Shown here one piece after another: positions 1 to 11,400 of a stretch of 64,000 nucleotides of DNA (its first letter is position 1; each line of letters opens with the position of its first letter). This DNA is from an uncultured Flavobacteriales bacterium (lineage in GTDB: Bacteria; Bacteroidota; Bacteroidia; Flavobacteriales; BACL11). Location: the NCBI GenBank assembly GCA_905478555.1, contig CAJQIZ010000029.1:11221-75220 (forward strand). Reading direction: 5' to 3'. Position numbers and translations under genes: made by a program. The notes under the pieces were generated by a model. It was not told the origin of the DNA. It was given only the letters and a program-made list of their open reading frames with translations, and did no database searches.

Positions 1-213
1 AGTTTTCTCTGATTTAGAACAAGATTTTTTCTTTTCTCCATTACAACAAGTTCCTTCTTTCTTCTTTTCACAAGTATCGTCACATACCTTTCCTGTTTTA
101 GAACAGACTTTTTCAGTTTTGTTTTCTACTTTTTCTTCATTAGTAGTTTGTGCGTTTACACTAGTAATTCCTATAAAAAGGAAAGCTAATAATACAATTG
201 ATATTTTTTTCAT
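1..213 (-). CDS. Small secreted Cys/Lys-rich protein, C-terminal part cut off by the window edge
   Basis: Hand translation of the minus strand from ATG 213..211 gives MKKISIVLLAFLFIGITSVNAQTTNEEKVENKTEKVCSKTGKVCDDTCEKKKEGTCCNGEKKKSCSKSEKT... and stays open to position 1. It has a signal-peptide-like N-terminus. It is absent from the ORF track because it runs off the window. Confidence 0.4.
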   Translation of the reverse strand, partial: MKKISIVLLAFLFIGITSVNAQTTNEEKVENKTEKVCSKTGKVCDDTCEKKKEGTCCNGEKKKSCSKSEKT

Positions 214-255
214 GTTTTTAATTTTTGTTAAATAGTTCGACAAATATACTAAATA

Positions 256-912
256 TTAATAATTAGCAATAGCAGATTGTCCTGCTTTTACTATTTCATT
301 TAATTTTACATTAATTTTTGTTCCCACAGGTAAAAATACATCTACTCTAGATCCAAATTTTATAAATCCGTATTCATCTGAAGAAGTCGCTACATCTCCA
401 ACCTTAGCATAAGTTACGATTCTTCTGGCTACTGCTCCTGCAATTTGACGAAACAGTACAGATATTTTATCGTTTTTCACTACTACTGTACTTCTTTCGT
501 TTAGTAAGGAAGATTTAGGATGCCATGCTACTAAATATTTTCCTGGGTGGTATTTTGTGTATTCTACCTCACCAGAAATAGGGTATAACTGATTGTGTAC
601 ATTTAAAGGAGACATAAATATACTTACTTGTATTCTTTTATCTTTATAGAATTCTATTTCTTCTGTTTCTTCAATTACTACCACTTTTCCATCACATGGG
701 GAATATACTGTTTTTTCCTTCCTTTCAAGTTTTCTGTTAGGTACCCTGAAAAAATTTATCGACATAATAAATAAAAATGAAGTAAGTGCTGTAATAAAGT
801 AAACGAAATACTCATGAGTATAGTCAATAGTTGAATATGCTAAATAGTTTAAAATAGAGAAAATTATAATTTCATTTCTTAGGATTTTCATCCCTTCTTT
901 GTGTAGTGTCAT
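256..912 (-). CDS. psd: Phosphatidylserine decarboxylase proenzyme
   Basis: 218 aa with N-terminal TM helices and a C-terminal GFIKFGSRVD self-cleavage-type motif. It is adjacent to cdsA. Confidence 0.9.
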   Translation of the reverse strand: MTLHKEGMKILRNEIIIFSILNYLAYSTIDYTHEYFVYFITALTSFLFIMSINFFRVPNRKLERKEKTVYSPCDGKVVVIEETEEIEFYKDKRIQVSIFMSPLNVHNQLYPISGEVEYTKYHPGKYLVAWHPKSSLLNERSTVVVKNDKISVLFRQIAGAVARRIVTYAKVGDVATSSDEYGFIKFGSRVDVFLPVGTKINVKLNEIVKAGQSAIANY

Positions 913-914
913 TT

Positions 915-1565
915 TTATATAAATTTAATGATAATTGAATAATATATTGTGTTGATTAAGAATAATGAAATCATTATTGCTGGGATGGTAATCATAAAAG
1001 CATCCATTCTATCCAGCATACCTCCATGTCCCGGTATAAAATTTCCAGAATCTTTTACTCCTGCTTCTCTTTTGAAATGGGATTCTATAAAATCTCCTAA
1101 AGTAGCTGTAAAAGGTATGAAAAAGCCTACAGAATAAAAGTTAAGGTAACTTCCATTTTCTGGTAAAAAACCTATTTTAATTAATACAGATGTCGCAATT
1201 AGGGTAAATAAGAGTCCGCCAGCAAATCCTTCCCACGATTTTTTAGGAGAGATAGAAGGCATTATTTTATGTTTTCCAAATTTCACTCCAAATAGATAGG
1301 CAAAGGTGTCAAAAGTCCAAGTAAGGATAAATATAAATAAGATAATTTTTTGAGTATAAAAGTGGACTAATAAAAGAGGAGCTATAACATAAATAAATGC
1401 AAGTATTTTAGTTTTTCCTTTTCGTAATTTCCACATTTCGTAAAGGCATATCACAAGAATTACTGAGAATAAAATATGAAAGCTGAGTTCAGAATAAGAA
1501 GTTCCCATCCACATAATAGAAACATATACCGTACCGGAAAGACCTCTTTTAAGAGTTTCGTTCAT
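915..1565 (-). CDS. cdsA: Phosphatidate cytidylyltransferase (CDP-diglyceride synthase)
   Basis: Polytopic membrane protein with a CTP-transferase signature-like C-terminus (SHFKREAGVKDSGNFIPGHGGMLDRMD). Confidence 0.85.
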   Translation of the reverse strand: MNETLKRGLSGTVYVSIMWMGTSYSELSFHILFSVILVICLYEMWKLRKGKTKILAFIYVIAPLLLVHFYTQKIILFIFILTWTFDTFAYLFGVKFGKHKIMPSISPKKSWEGFAGGLLFTLIATSVLIKIGFLPENGSYLNFYSVGFFIPFTATLGDFIESHFKREAGVKDSGNFIPGHGGMLDRMDAFMITIPAIMISLFLINTIYYSIIIKFI

Positions 1566-1764
1566 TGTATAAGTTTATTATTTTTTCACTTTCTTCCACA
1601 TCAGTAGCTTTTACATACAATTCAATATTACCAAAAACAGTATAAGAAGAATCTTTTTTGTTGATGGATACTGCGGTAATTTCTTTTTCCTTCAAAAGAG
1701 TTACTAATAAATCTACTAAATTAGGATCAGTAGACACAAATACCTTAGTCCAGTTTTTCTCCAT
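1549..1764 (-). CDS. Small DUF2007-like (putative signal-transducing, PII-like fold) protein
   Basis: 71 aa, wedged between ftsH and cdsA with 20-nt and 17-nt overlaps. The sequence pattern resembles the DUF2007 family (recalled, not searched). Confidence 0.45.
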   Translation of the reverse strand: MEKNWTKVFVSTDPNLVDLLVTLLKEKEITAVSINKKDSSYTVFGNIELYVKATDVEESEKIINLYNERNS

Positions 1765-3727
1765 TATTTTTTTTCTTTATTGTCTTATTTCTTACTGATT
1801 TGCTTTTCTTTTCCGAGATTTTATCCATTTCTAAAAGAGTTTCTTCTTCATAGCTTTTCCATTTTCTATCTCCAAAAATGCTCTCTAAATCAGTTTTAAA
1901 AATAACTTCATTTTCTAATAAAGAGGTTGCTAATATTTCTGCTTTTTCTTTACTATCTGATAATACTTTTTTAGCTCTTTCGTATTGTTCTTCAATTATT
2001 CTACTTACTTCTTCATCTATAAGTTTTGATCTTTCTTCTGAGTACGGTTTAGTAAACCCATTATTTTGTCCTGAAGAATCGTAGTAACTAATGTTTCCTA
2101 TTTTTTTACTCATACCGTATATTGTAATCATGGCATAGGCTTGTTTGGTTACCTTTTCTAAATCAGAAAGTGCTCCAGTAGATATCTTTCCGAAAAATAT
2201 TTCTTCAGCTGCTCTTCCTCCTAATGCAGCACACATTTCGTCTAATAATTGTTCTGTTGTTGTTAGCTGTCTTTCTTCTGGTAAGTACCATGCTGCTCCT
2301 AATGACTTCCCTCTTGGTACAATAGTTACTTTTACAAGTGGAGAGGCAAACTCTAACATCCAACTTACTGTTGCATGTCCTGCCTCATGAAAAGCAATAG
2401 TCTTTTTTTCTATTGGAGAAATGATTTTAGATTTTTTTTCTAAGCCACCAATAATTCTATCCATTGCATCTAAAAAATCTTGCTTCCCAATTTTTTTCTT
2501 AGATTTTCTGGCTGCAATAAGTGCGGCTTCATTACATACATTTGCAACATCTGCTCCTGAAAAACCTGGAGTTTGTCTTGCTAAAAAGTTTTTATCAATT
2601 GTTTTGTCTATTTTTAGTGGTTTCAAATGAACTTGAAAAATTTCTTTTCTTTCTAATAAATCAGGTAAATCAACATATATCTGTCTGTCGAACCTTCCTG
2701 GTCTTATTAAGGCTTTATCTAGTACATCTGCTCTGTTGGTTGCCGCCATTACTATAACTCCTGTATTGGTTCCGAAACCATCCATTTCTGTTAGAAGTTG
2801 ATTTAATGTATTTTCTCTTTCATCATTTCCACCAGTCATTGCATTTTTCCCTCTTGCTCTACCAATTGCGTCTACCTCATCAATAAAGATAATTGAAGGA
2901 GCTTTCTCTTTTGCTTGCTTAAATAAATCTCTTACTCTACTTGCTCCTACTCCGACAAACATTTCTACAAAGTCTGATCCGGAAAGAGAAAAGAAAGGAA
3001 CTTGTGCTTCACCAGCTACTGCTTTGGCAAGTAATGTTTTTCCTGTACCTGGAGGTCCTATCAGCATTGCTCCTCTAGGTATTTTCCCTCCTAATTTTGT
3101 GTATTTATTAGGGTGTTTTAAAAAATCAACAATTTCTGTTATTTCTTCTTTTGCTCCTTCTAATCCAGCAACATCTTTAAAAGTAATGGAAATATCATCA
3201 TTGTTTATTATTTTGGCTTTTGATTTACCAATATTAAAGATTTGACCACCACCACCACCACCAGCTCCACCTCCCATTTTTTTCATGATTAAGAACCAAA
3301 TTCCTACAAAAAACACAAGAGGTAAAATCCAACTTAATACCTCTCCAAACATTTGATTTTCTTGTCGATATCCTACACTTATATTATCTAAAGATCCCTC
3401 AGTAATTATGAGGTCAATTTTATTGTTTAAATATTCAGAATCTCCACCATAATTGAAAACAAAATGTGGTTTTTTATCTGTATTATTTTTTATTTCTATT
3501 TCTGCATTTCCTGTATTCGTTACAAAAGTAATAGCATCTACTTCATTGTTTTTTAGCTTCTGTAAAAACTCAGTTTGCGTAATTTCTTCTGTAAGGTTTA
3601 TAGAAGTAAATTGAAGTCCTAAAAATATTAATGCAATAATACCATAAATGTAATAAATTTTAAAGCCTCCTCCAAAAGGTGAATTCTTCTGTGGATATTT
3701 TTTTATTGGAACTTTTCTTTTCTGCAT
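1745..3727 (-). CDS. ftsH: ATP-dependent zinc metalloprotease FtsH
   Basis: Walker A GPPGTGKT, Walker [10 protein letters not shown], zinc motif HEAGHA, and two N-terminal TM segments. Confidence 0.97.
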   Translation of the reverse strand: MQKRKVPIKKYPQKNSPFGGGFKIYYIYGIIALIFLGLQFTSINLTEEITQTEFLQKLKNNEVDAITFVTNTGNAEIEIKNNTDKKPHFVFNYGGDSEYLNNKIDLIITEGSLDNISVGYRQENQMFGEVLSWILPLVFFVGIWFLIMKKMGGGAGGGGGGQIFNIGKSKAKIINNDDISITFKDVAGLEGAKEEITEIVDFLKHPNKYTKLGGKIPRGAMLIGPPGTGKTLLAKAVAGEAQVPFFSLSGSDFVEMFVGVGASRVRDLFKQAKEKAPSIIFIDEVDAIGRARGKNAMTGGNDERENTLNQLLTEMDGFGTNTGVIVMAATNRADVLDKALIRPGRFDRQIYVDLPDLLERKEIFQVHLKPLKIDKTIDKNFLARQTPGFSGADVANVCNEAALIAARKSKKKIGKQDFLDAMDRIIGGLEKKSKIISPIEKKTIAFHEAGHATVSWMLEFASPLVKVTIVPRGKSLGAAWYLPEERQLTTTEQLLDEMCAALGGRAAEEIFFGKISTGALSDLEKVTKQAYAMITIYGMSKKIGNISYYDSSGQNNGFTKPYSEERSKLIDEEVSRIIEEQYERAKKVLSDSKEKAEILATSLLENEVIFKTDLESIFGDRKWKSYEEETLLEMDKISEKKSKSVRNKTIKKKNNGEKLD

Positions 3728-3731
3728 TTAT

Positions 3732-4103
3732 TTATAAATTTTTAATTGTTTTAATTGTTGCATCTCCCCATAAATCTTCCAACTGATAAAATTCTCTTGT
3801 TTCTTTTTGAAAAATATGAAGCATGATATCTGTATAGTCTAACAAGACCCATTGAGACGTATTTAACCCTTCAGTATGAACTGGTTTTTCACCTAATTCT
3901 TTCGATACCACTTTCCTAACGCTATCTGCTATAGAGGAGACATGAGTATTGGATGTTCCAGAACAAATTATAAAATATTTAGAAACTGCAGTTTCTATTT
4001 CTTTTAAATTAAGGATACTAATTTCTACTCCTTTTACCTCTTGTATTCCTTCTATAATTGTTTCTAATAAAATGTCAGTTGAATCTATTTTTTTCTTGCT
4101 CAT
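3732..4103 (-). CDS. rsfS: Ribosome silencing factor RsfS
   Basis: 123 aa. The conserved core WVLLDYTDIMLHIFQKETREFYQLEDLWGDA is typical of RsfS/YbeB/iojap. Confidence 0.85.
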   Translation of the reverse strand: MSKKKIDSTDILLETIIEGIQEVKGVEISILNLKEIETAVSKYFIICSGTSNTHVSSIADSVRKVVSKELGEKPVHTEGLNTSQWVLLDYTDIMLHIFQKETREFYQLEDLWGDATIKTIKNL

Positions 4104-4162
4104 ATTTTTTTTAATTTGAGTTTGTAAAAGTAAGAATTTGTTAGGATATTAGCTGCTTATTT

Positions 4163-4894
4163 ATGAAAGTAGAATTTACTAATAATATAATACATTTTAA
4201 GGAGGTAGAGTCAACAAATTTATTGGCTTTAAATTTTATAAAAGAAAATGATTTACAATCCTCAGTTGTATTTACTGCTGATTTTCAAAATTTTGGAAGA
4301 GGTCAGCAAAGTGCAAAATGGGAATCAGAAAGAGGAAAGAATTTACTTATTAGTATTGCTATAATGCCTAAAATGCTAATTCAATGTCAATTTGAACTGA
4401 GTGTAAATACATCATTAGCTATTTTAGATGTATTGCAGTATTATAATATAAAAAACACCTCAATAAAATGGCCTAATGATATTGTAGTAAATAGTGCGAA
4501 AATTTCTGGTATTCTTATTGAAAATAAATTAAGAAAAGATAAAATAATACATTCTGTTTTAGGAATTGGGTTGAATGTAAATCAAATAGAATTTAAACTT
4601 TTTAATAGAATAGCTACTTCTATTAAATTAGAAAGTAATTCTACTTTTCTGATAGATGAAGTTAGGGATGTTTTACTCGAAAAATTGAAAATCAGATTTT
4701 CAAATTCATCTGAAGAAAACAGAGAAAATTATTTAGATAAATTATATTTAAAAGACAGGGTGGCAGCTTTTAAAGTAAAGGGAGTGATTGTAAATGGAAT
4801 AATTAAATCAGTAACTTCTGAAGGTTTTTTAGTGGTGATGTTAGAGAGAGAAATAAGACAGTTTAAGATGAGAGAGATTATTTATCTTTCTTAA
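4163..4894 (+). CDS. birA: Biotin--[acetyl-CoA-carboxylase] ligase (group I, no N-terminal HTH)
   Basis: Contains the GRGQQSAKWES motif (GRGRxGRxW type). At 243 aa it is too short to carry a repressor domain. Confidence 0.8.
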   Translation: MKVEFTNNIIHFKEVESTNLLALNFIKENDLQSSVVFTADFQNFGRGQQSAKWESERGKNLLISIAIMPKMLIQCQFELSVNTSLAILDVLQYYNIKNTSIKWPNDIVVNSAKISGILIENKLRKDKIIHSVLGIGLNVNQIEFKLFNRIATSIKLESNSTFLIDEVRDVLLEKLKIRFSNSSEENRENYLDKLYLKDRVAAFKVKGVIVNGIIKSVTSEGFLVVMLEREIRQFKMREIIYLS

Positions 4895-5283
4895 AGAGTT
4901 CTCATTTTTTCAGATAAAACATTTAAGAAATTTGTGATTGGTTTTTCTACCATCATTTTCATCATCATATTTAACTCCGCATTTACCTCTAATCTTGCTT
5001 GGCATTTTTCTCCGTTTTCTGTTATATGACAGTCTAAAGAAAAAGAAACAGGACTTTCTGAAGCCGATAATGAGATTTTACTGAAAGGAGTTTTTTCAGA
5101 AAGAGATAAATTAAGTTCGGGCATTCCTTTCATTTTAAAGGAGCATTTATTAGTATCTACTTTAAAATCTTGAATAGAAGAAGGCATGATTTCTTTAAGA
5201 TTATTTAGATCCGATAATTTATTATAAAGTTGCTCTGAAGATAAATTTTCTATTAGTACTTCTGGTCCGCTAAATGTTGTCAA
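4891..5283 (-). CDS. SRPBCC/CoxG-like small protein
   Basis: 130 aa with a TTG start. Composition and length resemble the SRPBCC ligand-binding fold family. This is a weak motif-level call. Confidence 0.45.
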   Translation of the reverse strand: MTTFSGPEVLIENLSSEQLYNKLSDLNNLKEIMPSSIQDFKVDTNKCSFKMKGMPELNLSLSEKTPFSKISLSASESPVSFSLDCHITENGEKCQARLEVNAELNMMMKMMVEKPITNFLNVLSEKMRTL

Positions 5284-5287
5284 ATTT

Positions 5288-5929
5288 TTATTTTTTCCAA
5301 ATAGAAGGGTTCTTTCTCCATTCTTTTAAAAGAGGAAGTTCTTCTGAATTGATGTGATTTGTTTCTAAAGCTTGAGGTAACATGTTGTCGTAATCGCATA
5401 GGGATACAAAATCGCAATCTGCATTTTGAAAGTTTTGGCTAGCAGCTTCAAATCCGTATGTGAAAATAGATACTAATCCTTTTACATTCATTCCCGCTTC
5501 TCTTAATGCTGCTACGGCTTCCAAACTACTTTTTCCACTACTAATTAAGTCTTCTACTAAAACTACAGTTTGTCCTTCCTCAAAATGACCTTCAATTTGA
5601 TTTTGTTTTCCGTGTTCTTTTGCTTGTGCTCTTACATAAATAAAAGGAAGACCCAATTCTTCAGCAACTAATACTCCGTGAGGAATTCCGGCTGTAGCTA
5701 CTCCAGCAATTACATTTGCTCCCTTAAAATGATTATTTATAGCAGATGCTAATGACGTTCTGATAAAGGTTCTTATCTCCGGATAAGAGAGTGTCTTCCT
5801 GTTGTCACAATAAATTGGAGAGTTCCATCCTGCTGCCCATTTAAATGGTTGGTTTGGTTGTAAAATAATTGCGTTTATTTGCAATAAAGATTTAGCAACT
5901 TGTTTGGCAATATCAATATCGTATATCAT
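5288..5929 (-). CDS. pyrE: Orotate phosphoribosyltransferase
   Basis: PRPP-binding motif VVLVEDLISSGKS; 213 aa. Confidence 0.92.
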   Translation of the reverse strand: MIYDIDIAKQVAKSLLQINAIILQPNQPFKWAAGWNSPIYCDNRKTLSYPEIRTFIRTSLASAINNHFKGANVIAGVATAGIPHGVLVAEELGLPFIYVRAQAKEHGKQNQIEGHFEEGQTVVLVEDLISSGKSSLEAVAALREAGMNVKGLVSIFTYGFEAASQNFQNADCDFVSLCDYDNMLPQALETNHINSEELPLLKEWRKNPSIWKK

Positions 5930-6401
5930 GACGCAAAAATATAAAGTTTACATTAATAATGAGGTAAAATTAGTAGAAGAAAATTGGAATGATTTTTGTT
6001 CGGGATTTAACTTAATAGAAGCTGCTGGTGGATTGGTTTCTAATCAAGAAAATAAAGTTTTAATGATTTTCAGAAATGGGAAATGGGATTTACCAAAAGG
6101 TAAATTAGAATTAGGAGAGTGCATTGAAAGTTGTGCAATTAGGGAAGTAGAAGAGGAATGTGGTGTTAGTGGATTAGAAATATGTAATAAGCTGTTAGAT
6201 ACTTTTCATACTTATGATTTAAAAGGGGAAAAGATTTTAAAGAAAACCTATTGGTACAACATGTCTTGTTCTTTTTCGGGAGATTTAATTCCTCAAACAG
6301 AAGAGGGTATAACAGAAGTTTGTTGGGTAGATATGGATTCCGTAAAAGATAAGTTAAGTAATTCTTATTCTAATATAAAGGATGTTTTTGAGAGTTTGTA
6401 A
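5928..6401 (+). CDS. NUDIX hydrolase
   Basis: Nudix box GKWDLPKGKLELGECIESCAIREVEEECGV. I prefer ATG 5928 (MTQKYKVY...) over the TTG at 5904 used by the ORF track. Confidence 0.75.
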   Translation: MTQKYKVYINNEVKLVEENWNDFCSGFNLIEAAGGLVSNQENKVLMIFRNGKWDLPKGKLELGECIESCAIREVEEECGVSGLEICNKLLDTFHTYDLKGEKILKKTYWYNMSCSFSGDLIPQTEEGITEVCWVDMDSVKDKLSNSYSNIKDVFESL

Positions 6402-7133
6402 ATGATAAAAATAATTAAAAATATAATTTCGATCTTTATTATAGCTTATTTGCTATTTTATTTTATTCCTTTTTCATTTGTAAAAACAACTTCTTTTTAT
6501 AATAACCATTCAGAAAAATTATGGAAGCATAGATTTTTAGATCCTGTTAAGGATTCTGTTTTAATTAAGGAATTTGCAGGTTTTGAAGTAGATGTCTTTT
6601 TTAATAAGTCTACTAATAATTTCGATGTTAAACATCACGGGAAGGAGAGTAACTATTCCTTAACTTCTTATTTTCAGAAGTTTGAAAATATAAAAGATAA
6701 GTTTTTTTGGATTGATTTTAAAAATCTAAACTCTGAAAATTATAAAGAATCTTCTCAGAAACTTTTGGATATATGTAATCAATATAAAATTAAAGACAAA
6801 CTTTTTATTGAATCTAAAAATATGATGTTGTTAAATTCCTTTCAAGGTTTAGGTTTTTCTGTTAGTTATTGGGTTCCTAATTATCATTTTTTTGGTTCTG
6901 TTATTTCTTCATTTAAGGTTCGAAAAAATATTATTAAATATAATCCTAACGCTCTTTCTTGTGATTTTCATTCTTTACATTTTTACAATAAAAAATTTCC
7001 TAATTATAATATATATTGTTGGGCGAATCAGATGAGTGATGAGAAAGATAAAACTCGAATACTTAAAATTTCAAAAAATGAAAACATCAAAATTATCTTA
7101 ACAGATTTTGACGAAAATTTTCTTAGAAAGTAA
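6402..7133 (+). CDS. Membrane-anchored hypothetical protein, possibly PLC-like/GDPD-superfamily phosphodiesterase
   Basis: N-terminal TM helix. The pattern WKHR...GFEVDVFF...FDVKHHG resembles the HR / E-x-D / H motifs of GDPD-type TIM-barrel phosphodiesterases. The start abuts the NUDIX stop (TAAATG). Confidence 0.35.
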   Translation: MIKIIKNIISIFIIAYLLFYFIPFSFVKTTSFYNNHSEKLWKHRFLDPVKDSVLIKEFAGFEVDVFFNKSTNNFDVKHHGKESNYSLTSYFQKFENIKDKFFWIDFKNLNSENYKESSQKLLDICNQYKIKDKLFIESKNMMLLNSFQGLGFSVSYWVPNYHFFGSVISSFKVRKNIIKYNPNALSCDFHSLHFYNKKFPNYNIYCWANQMSDEKDKTRILKISKNENIKIILTDFDENFLRK

Positions 7134-7152
7134 TTTGTTAATTAACGGACTT

Positions 7153-8463
7153 TTATTCTATTATTCCCCCTGTAATTTTAACTAATTCAAGGTAACTTTC
7201 ATTTAGATTGTAATTAGATTGAAGGTAACTTATTCCTGAGTTTAAATAGGCTATTTCTATATCCCTTAATTTAAAAGAATTAATAGTACCTCTATTATTT
7301 TTATCGTTTGCTAATTGATAATTGATTTCTGCAATATCAAATGCCTTTTTACTTAAATTAAAAATAATTATTCTACTATTGTATTTCTCATAATTTATAG
7401 ATAACTGATTTTTAGTTTCTTCTTGTAGTTTTTCTAATCTTAAACTATTTATTTCATTTTTTATTTCAGCTTCTTGAAGTAATTTTCTGTATTTTCCTCC
7501 ATCATATAATCTGAAATTTACTGAAATATTTGCATAATAGTTAAGTGTTTCTCCAGTATTGTTTCCCTCAAAACCTGAATCACCTATATCGTAAGTACTT
7601 TCGTTATAGGAAGCACCTGAGTTAAAAGAAACTATCGGATAATAAACTGATTTTGATAATGTAATATCTTGTCTTATTATTTCATTATTAATACTCTGGT
7701 TGATCATTGTGGTATTATTTTTTAACATTTCTGATTGAAGTTCCTCAAAATTAAAAAGTTGAGTTTTTTTACTCATTTTATCTGTTAAATTCCATTCAGA
7801 ATTTAAATCTACACCTAAAACAAGGTTTAAGTTTTTTACTGAATTATTATAATTTAATCGTTGTATTAATAAATTAGAACTATCTGTAAGAAGGGAAGTT
7901 TCTATTTGTAATACATCCATTTTACTGCTTACTCCAATGTCATATTTAGTTTTCTGATATATTAACCTTTCTCTTGATAGGTTTACTACATTTTGTAATA
8001 ATTTTAATCTTTCTTTTTGAAGAATACAATTATAGTAAGATAGAATAATTGCTTGAGTAGTATTTTCAATAGTTAGAGTAAGGTTTCCATTACTTAAAAA
8101 TTCTAATTGTCTTAATTTTTCTTTAGTTGCCTGAATTCTATAACCGCTTAAAAGGGTCCAACTCATGTTTGCAGAAGCATTAATTGATTCTGAACTTAAT
8201 ATTTCCTGTATAAATGAAGTCGGGTTTTTTGACTGATCTGAAACAGCATCTTCTTTCTTACTAGAAATATTAATTGTTGGCAGTGATCCTGAATTTCCTA
8301 AGTTATTATTTAGTTGACTTATCTCTTTATTTTTTTTACTTAATTGTATGTCAAAGTTTTTCTTCAATCCAACTTTTATTGCATTTTCTAAAGAAAGTAT
8401 TTCCTGAGAAAAAGATAAGAAAGGAATGATTGTTATTAGAAATATAATTACTTTTTTATTCAT
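7153..8463 (-). CDS. TolC-family outer membrane efflux protein
   Basis: Signal peptide and a two-repeat OEP architecture. It is the last gene of the adaptor-pump-channel operon. Confidence 0.85.
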   Translation of the reverse strand: MNKKVIIFLITIIPFLSFSQEILSLENAIKVGLKKNFDIQLSKKNKEISQLNNNLGNSGSLPTINISSKKEDAVSDQSKNPTSFIQEILSSESINASANMSWTLLSGYRIQATKEKLRQLEFLSNGNLTLTIENTTQAIILSYYNCILQKERLKLLQNVVNLSRERLIYQKTKYDIGVSSKMDVLQIETSLLTDSSNLLIQRLNYNNSVKNLNLVLGVDLNSEWNLTDKMSKKTQLFNFEELQSEMLKNNTTMINQSINNEIIRQDITLSKSVYYPIVSFNSGASYNESTYDIGDSGFEGNNTGETLNYYANISVNFRLYDGGKYRKLLQEAEIKNEINSLRLEKLQEETKNQLSINYEKYNSRIIIFNLSKKAFDIAEINYQLANDKNNRGTINSFKLRDIEIAYLNSGISYLQSNYNLNESYLELVKITGGIIE

Positions 8464-8471
8464 TTTTTTAA

Positions 8472-11400
8472 TTATTTTACTAGTTGATTCTCTCTTAATT
8501 GAAGTTTTGTGTATGGTTCTACTTCCATTTTTGTTGGAGGATTTTCACCTCCTCTCCATAGCCACCATCTAGCTCTTCTAATGTCGTTAAAGTATAATAT
8601 TAATGATGGAAAATATAATAGTAGAATTAGTGTTCCGAATAGCACTCCAAATGCAACTGAAATAGCCATTGGTACTAAAAATTGTGCTTGAAAACTCTTT
8701 TCTAAAATTAATGGAAATAAACCAAAAAATGTTGTAATTGTTGTAAGAATAATTGCTCTAAATCTACTATTTCCTGCTCCAATTACTGATTCTTTCATAT
8801 TCATTCCATCCTTAATATTCCTATTATATTTATCAAGCATGACAACGGCATCATTTACTAAGATACCTACTAATGCAATTACACCCCATATACTCATGAT
8901 AGAGAAAGGTCTATTGCATATCCAATGACCTAAAATTGCACTAAAAAGACCTATTGGAACTACCATAAGTATTAATCTTGCTTGATAAAATGATTTAAAG
9001 TTTAAGGTAATAGTAATAATTATAAGAATAATACTTATTAAGAACGCTATTCCTAATTGTTTTCCACTGTCAGCAGCTTCTTCAGCTTGTCCCATAATTT
9101 TATAATCAACATTAGGAAATTTATTTTTTATTAATCCTAAGTACTCTCTCTCAATTTCCTCGTTTACATCAGCAGAATATTCTGCATTATATAATGTAGC
9201 ATCAACACGAATTTCTTTTGTTCCATTTATATGATTAATTTTAACTCTTCCTCTTTTATATTCATAATTAGCTAATTCTTCTAAAGGTATCAATAATCCA
9301 GAAGTTGTCTTGATTTTCATTTTATTTAGATCTTCAAGATTATTTCTGTTTTCTTCAGGATATCTGAGCCAAATTTTAACTTCATCTCTACCAATTATTA
9401 ATCGTTGTACTTCTTCTCCAAAAAAGCCTTGTCTTATTTGTTTTATAATCGCAACTTCATTTAATCCTAAAGTAAACGCCTTTTCTTTTAATGTAAGATG
9501 TATTTCCATCATTCCAACCCCTCCATTGTCATTAACTTCTTTTACCATATTTATTGAAGTTATTTTTTCTTTTAACCAATCAACAGATTCTTGTAATTCT
9601 TCGTTGTTTTCAGATTGTAACGAAATTGAAACTGCTTTACCAAACTGTTGAAATCCACCTATTGATAGTTTTTCTAATTGTGCAACACTGTCTTTATGTA
9701 TTCGCTTCTTTATTTCATTAGAAATATCGATTGTTGAGATAAGTTCATTTTCTTTTATATCAAGTCGTAAACTACCTACATGTGAACCAGAAACACCTAA
9801 TCCTTCTGTAAATCCTACTCTTAATGAAATCTTAGTAAATAAGCTGTCGTTATATTTTTCTATTAATTCTTCATGGTAATCTTTAATAATTGAATCGCAA
9901 TACCATAGAAATTTTTCTGATCTAAATTCTCTTTCTCCTGGTTTGTAAGAAAACTCTACTTTCACTTCATTAAATGGTACCGAAGGAAAGAAAGTCCATC
10001 TAATAATTCCAGTCATGAACATAGAAAGTATAACTATTATAAATACGAATGGAGTCCATACATGAATTCTGTAATTATTGACAAATTTTCTATTTATATT
10101 ACTATACAAATTCCTTAAGATAATTACTATTCTCTCTACCCTCAATTTAATAGGAGTAAATATATTTTTTCTTTCTTTTAATACATCTTTAGTAGCTAAA
10201 TGAGCTGGTAAAACTAAGAATGCTTCTACTAATGAAAATAATAGAGCTGCAATAACAACAAATGCCATTTCTTGCATCATTTCCATTTGTCCTCCAACAA
10301 ATAGTAAGGAAGCAAAAGCAAATACTGTTGTTAGAACTGAAGTTAATACTGGAGTAATAACTTCAAGTGTGCCATCAAGAGCTGCTTGCATTGGCGATTT
10401 TCCTTTTTCAAAATGAGTATAGATATTTTCTGCTATTACAATTCCGTCATCTACTAATATCCCAACTACTAATATCATTCCAAATAATGAGATCATATTT
10501 ATTGTCATTCCGTATATGATACCAATTGAGATCATTCCAATAAATGAGAATGGTATACCAAATGCTACCCAGATGGAAAGTCGGAATGAAAGAAATAAAC
10601 CTAGAATCACAAGAACTAGAAACAAACCAACTAATAGATTTTGACTTAAAGTTTCTATTCTTTGATCTAGCATGTCAGCAAATTGAAATATTGTAACTAT
10701 TTTATATTCTGGGTTTTCTGAATTAAATTTTTTAATATACTTTTGTACCGATTTTGCTATTCTCTTTATGTCTTCTTCTGGAGTTTTTTCAATAATGAAA
10801 CTTATTGATCTTTCTCCGTTTACATATGAAATCGTAGGAATGTCAGAGAATTTTAGTTTTACTTTAGCTATATCTTTTAATCTTATAATATCACCATTTT
10901 TATCAGAATAGATTATGATTTTTTGAATCTCTTCTGCAGTAGTTTTCTTATTATTTGATCTAATAATTATCTCATCTTTATTAGTCTTTATACTTCCACC
11001 CGAGATGTCAATATTACTTCTTTTAATTGCAAGAGAAACTAAATCAAAATTTTGATTATATCTTAATAATTGTTCTTCATCTATTTCTATAGATATAATA
11101 ATTGGTGCATATCCAATTACTTGAACTTGACTTATTTCATCATCATTTAATAGATCCTTTTCTATCTTATCAGATTTTTCTTTTAAAAGCCAAAGGTTAT
11201 TCGGTCCTGTTAATGAATAGAAACCTACCATATTCCCCATTCCTCCTACACCTCTACTTTTTTGTTTTTTTATAGTAGGTTTTTCTGCTCCTTCCGGGAA
11301 TGAGTAGATTGCATCTACAGAATTTTTCACATCTTGCAGCACCTCATCAATATCAAATCCTTCATATACTTCTATTATTACTCGTGATAGATTTTCTGAA

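Noticed and set aside
1878-3245. Five plus-strand ORFs inside ftsH, and 949..1137 inside cdsA.
   Set aside because: They are shadow ORFs opposite conserved genes, with no start context or motifs.
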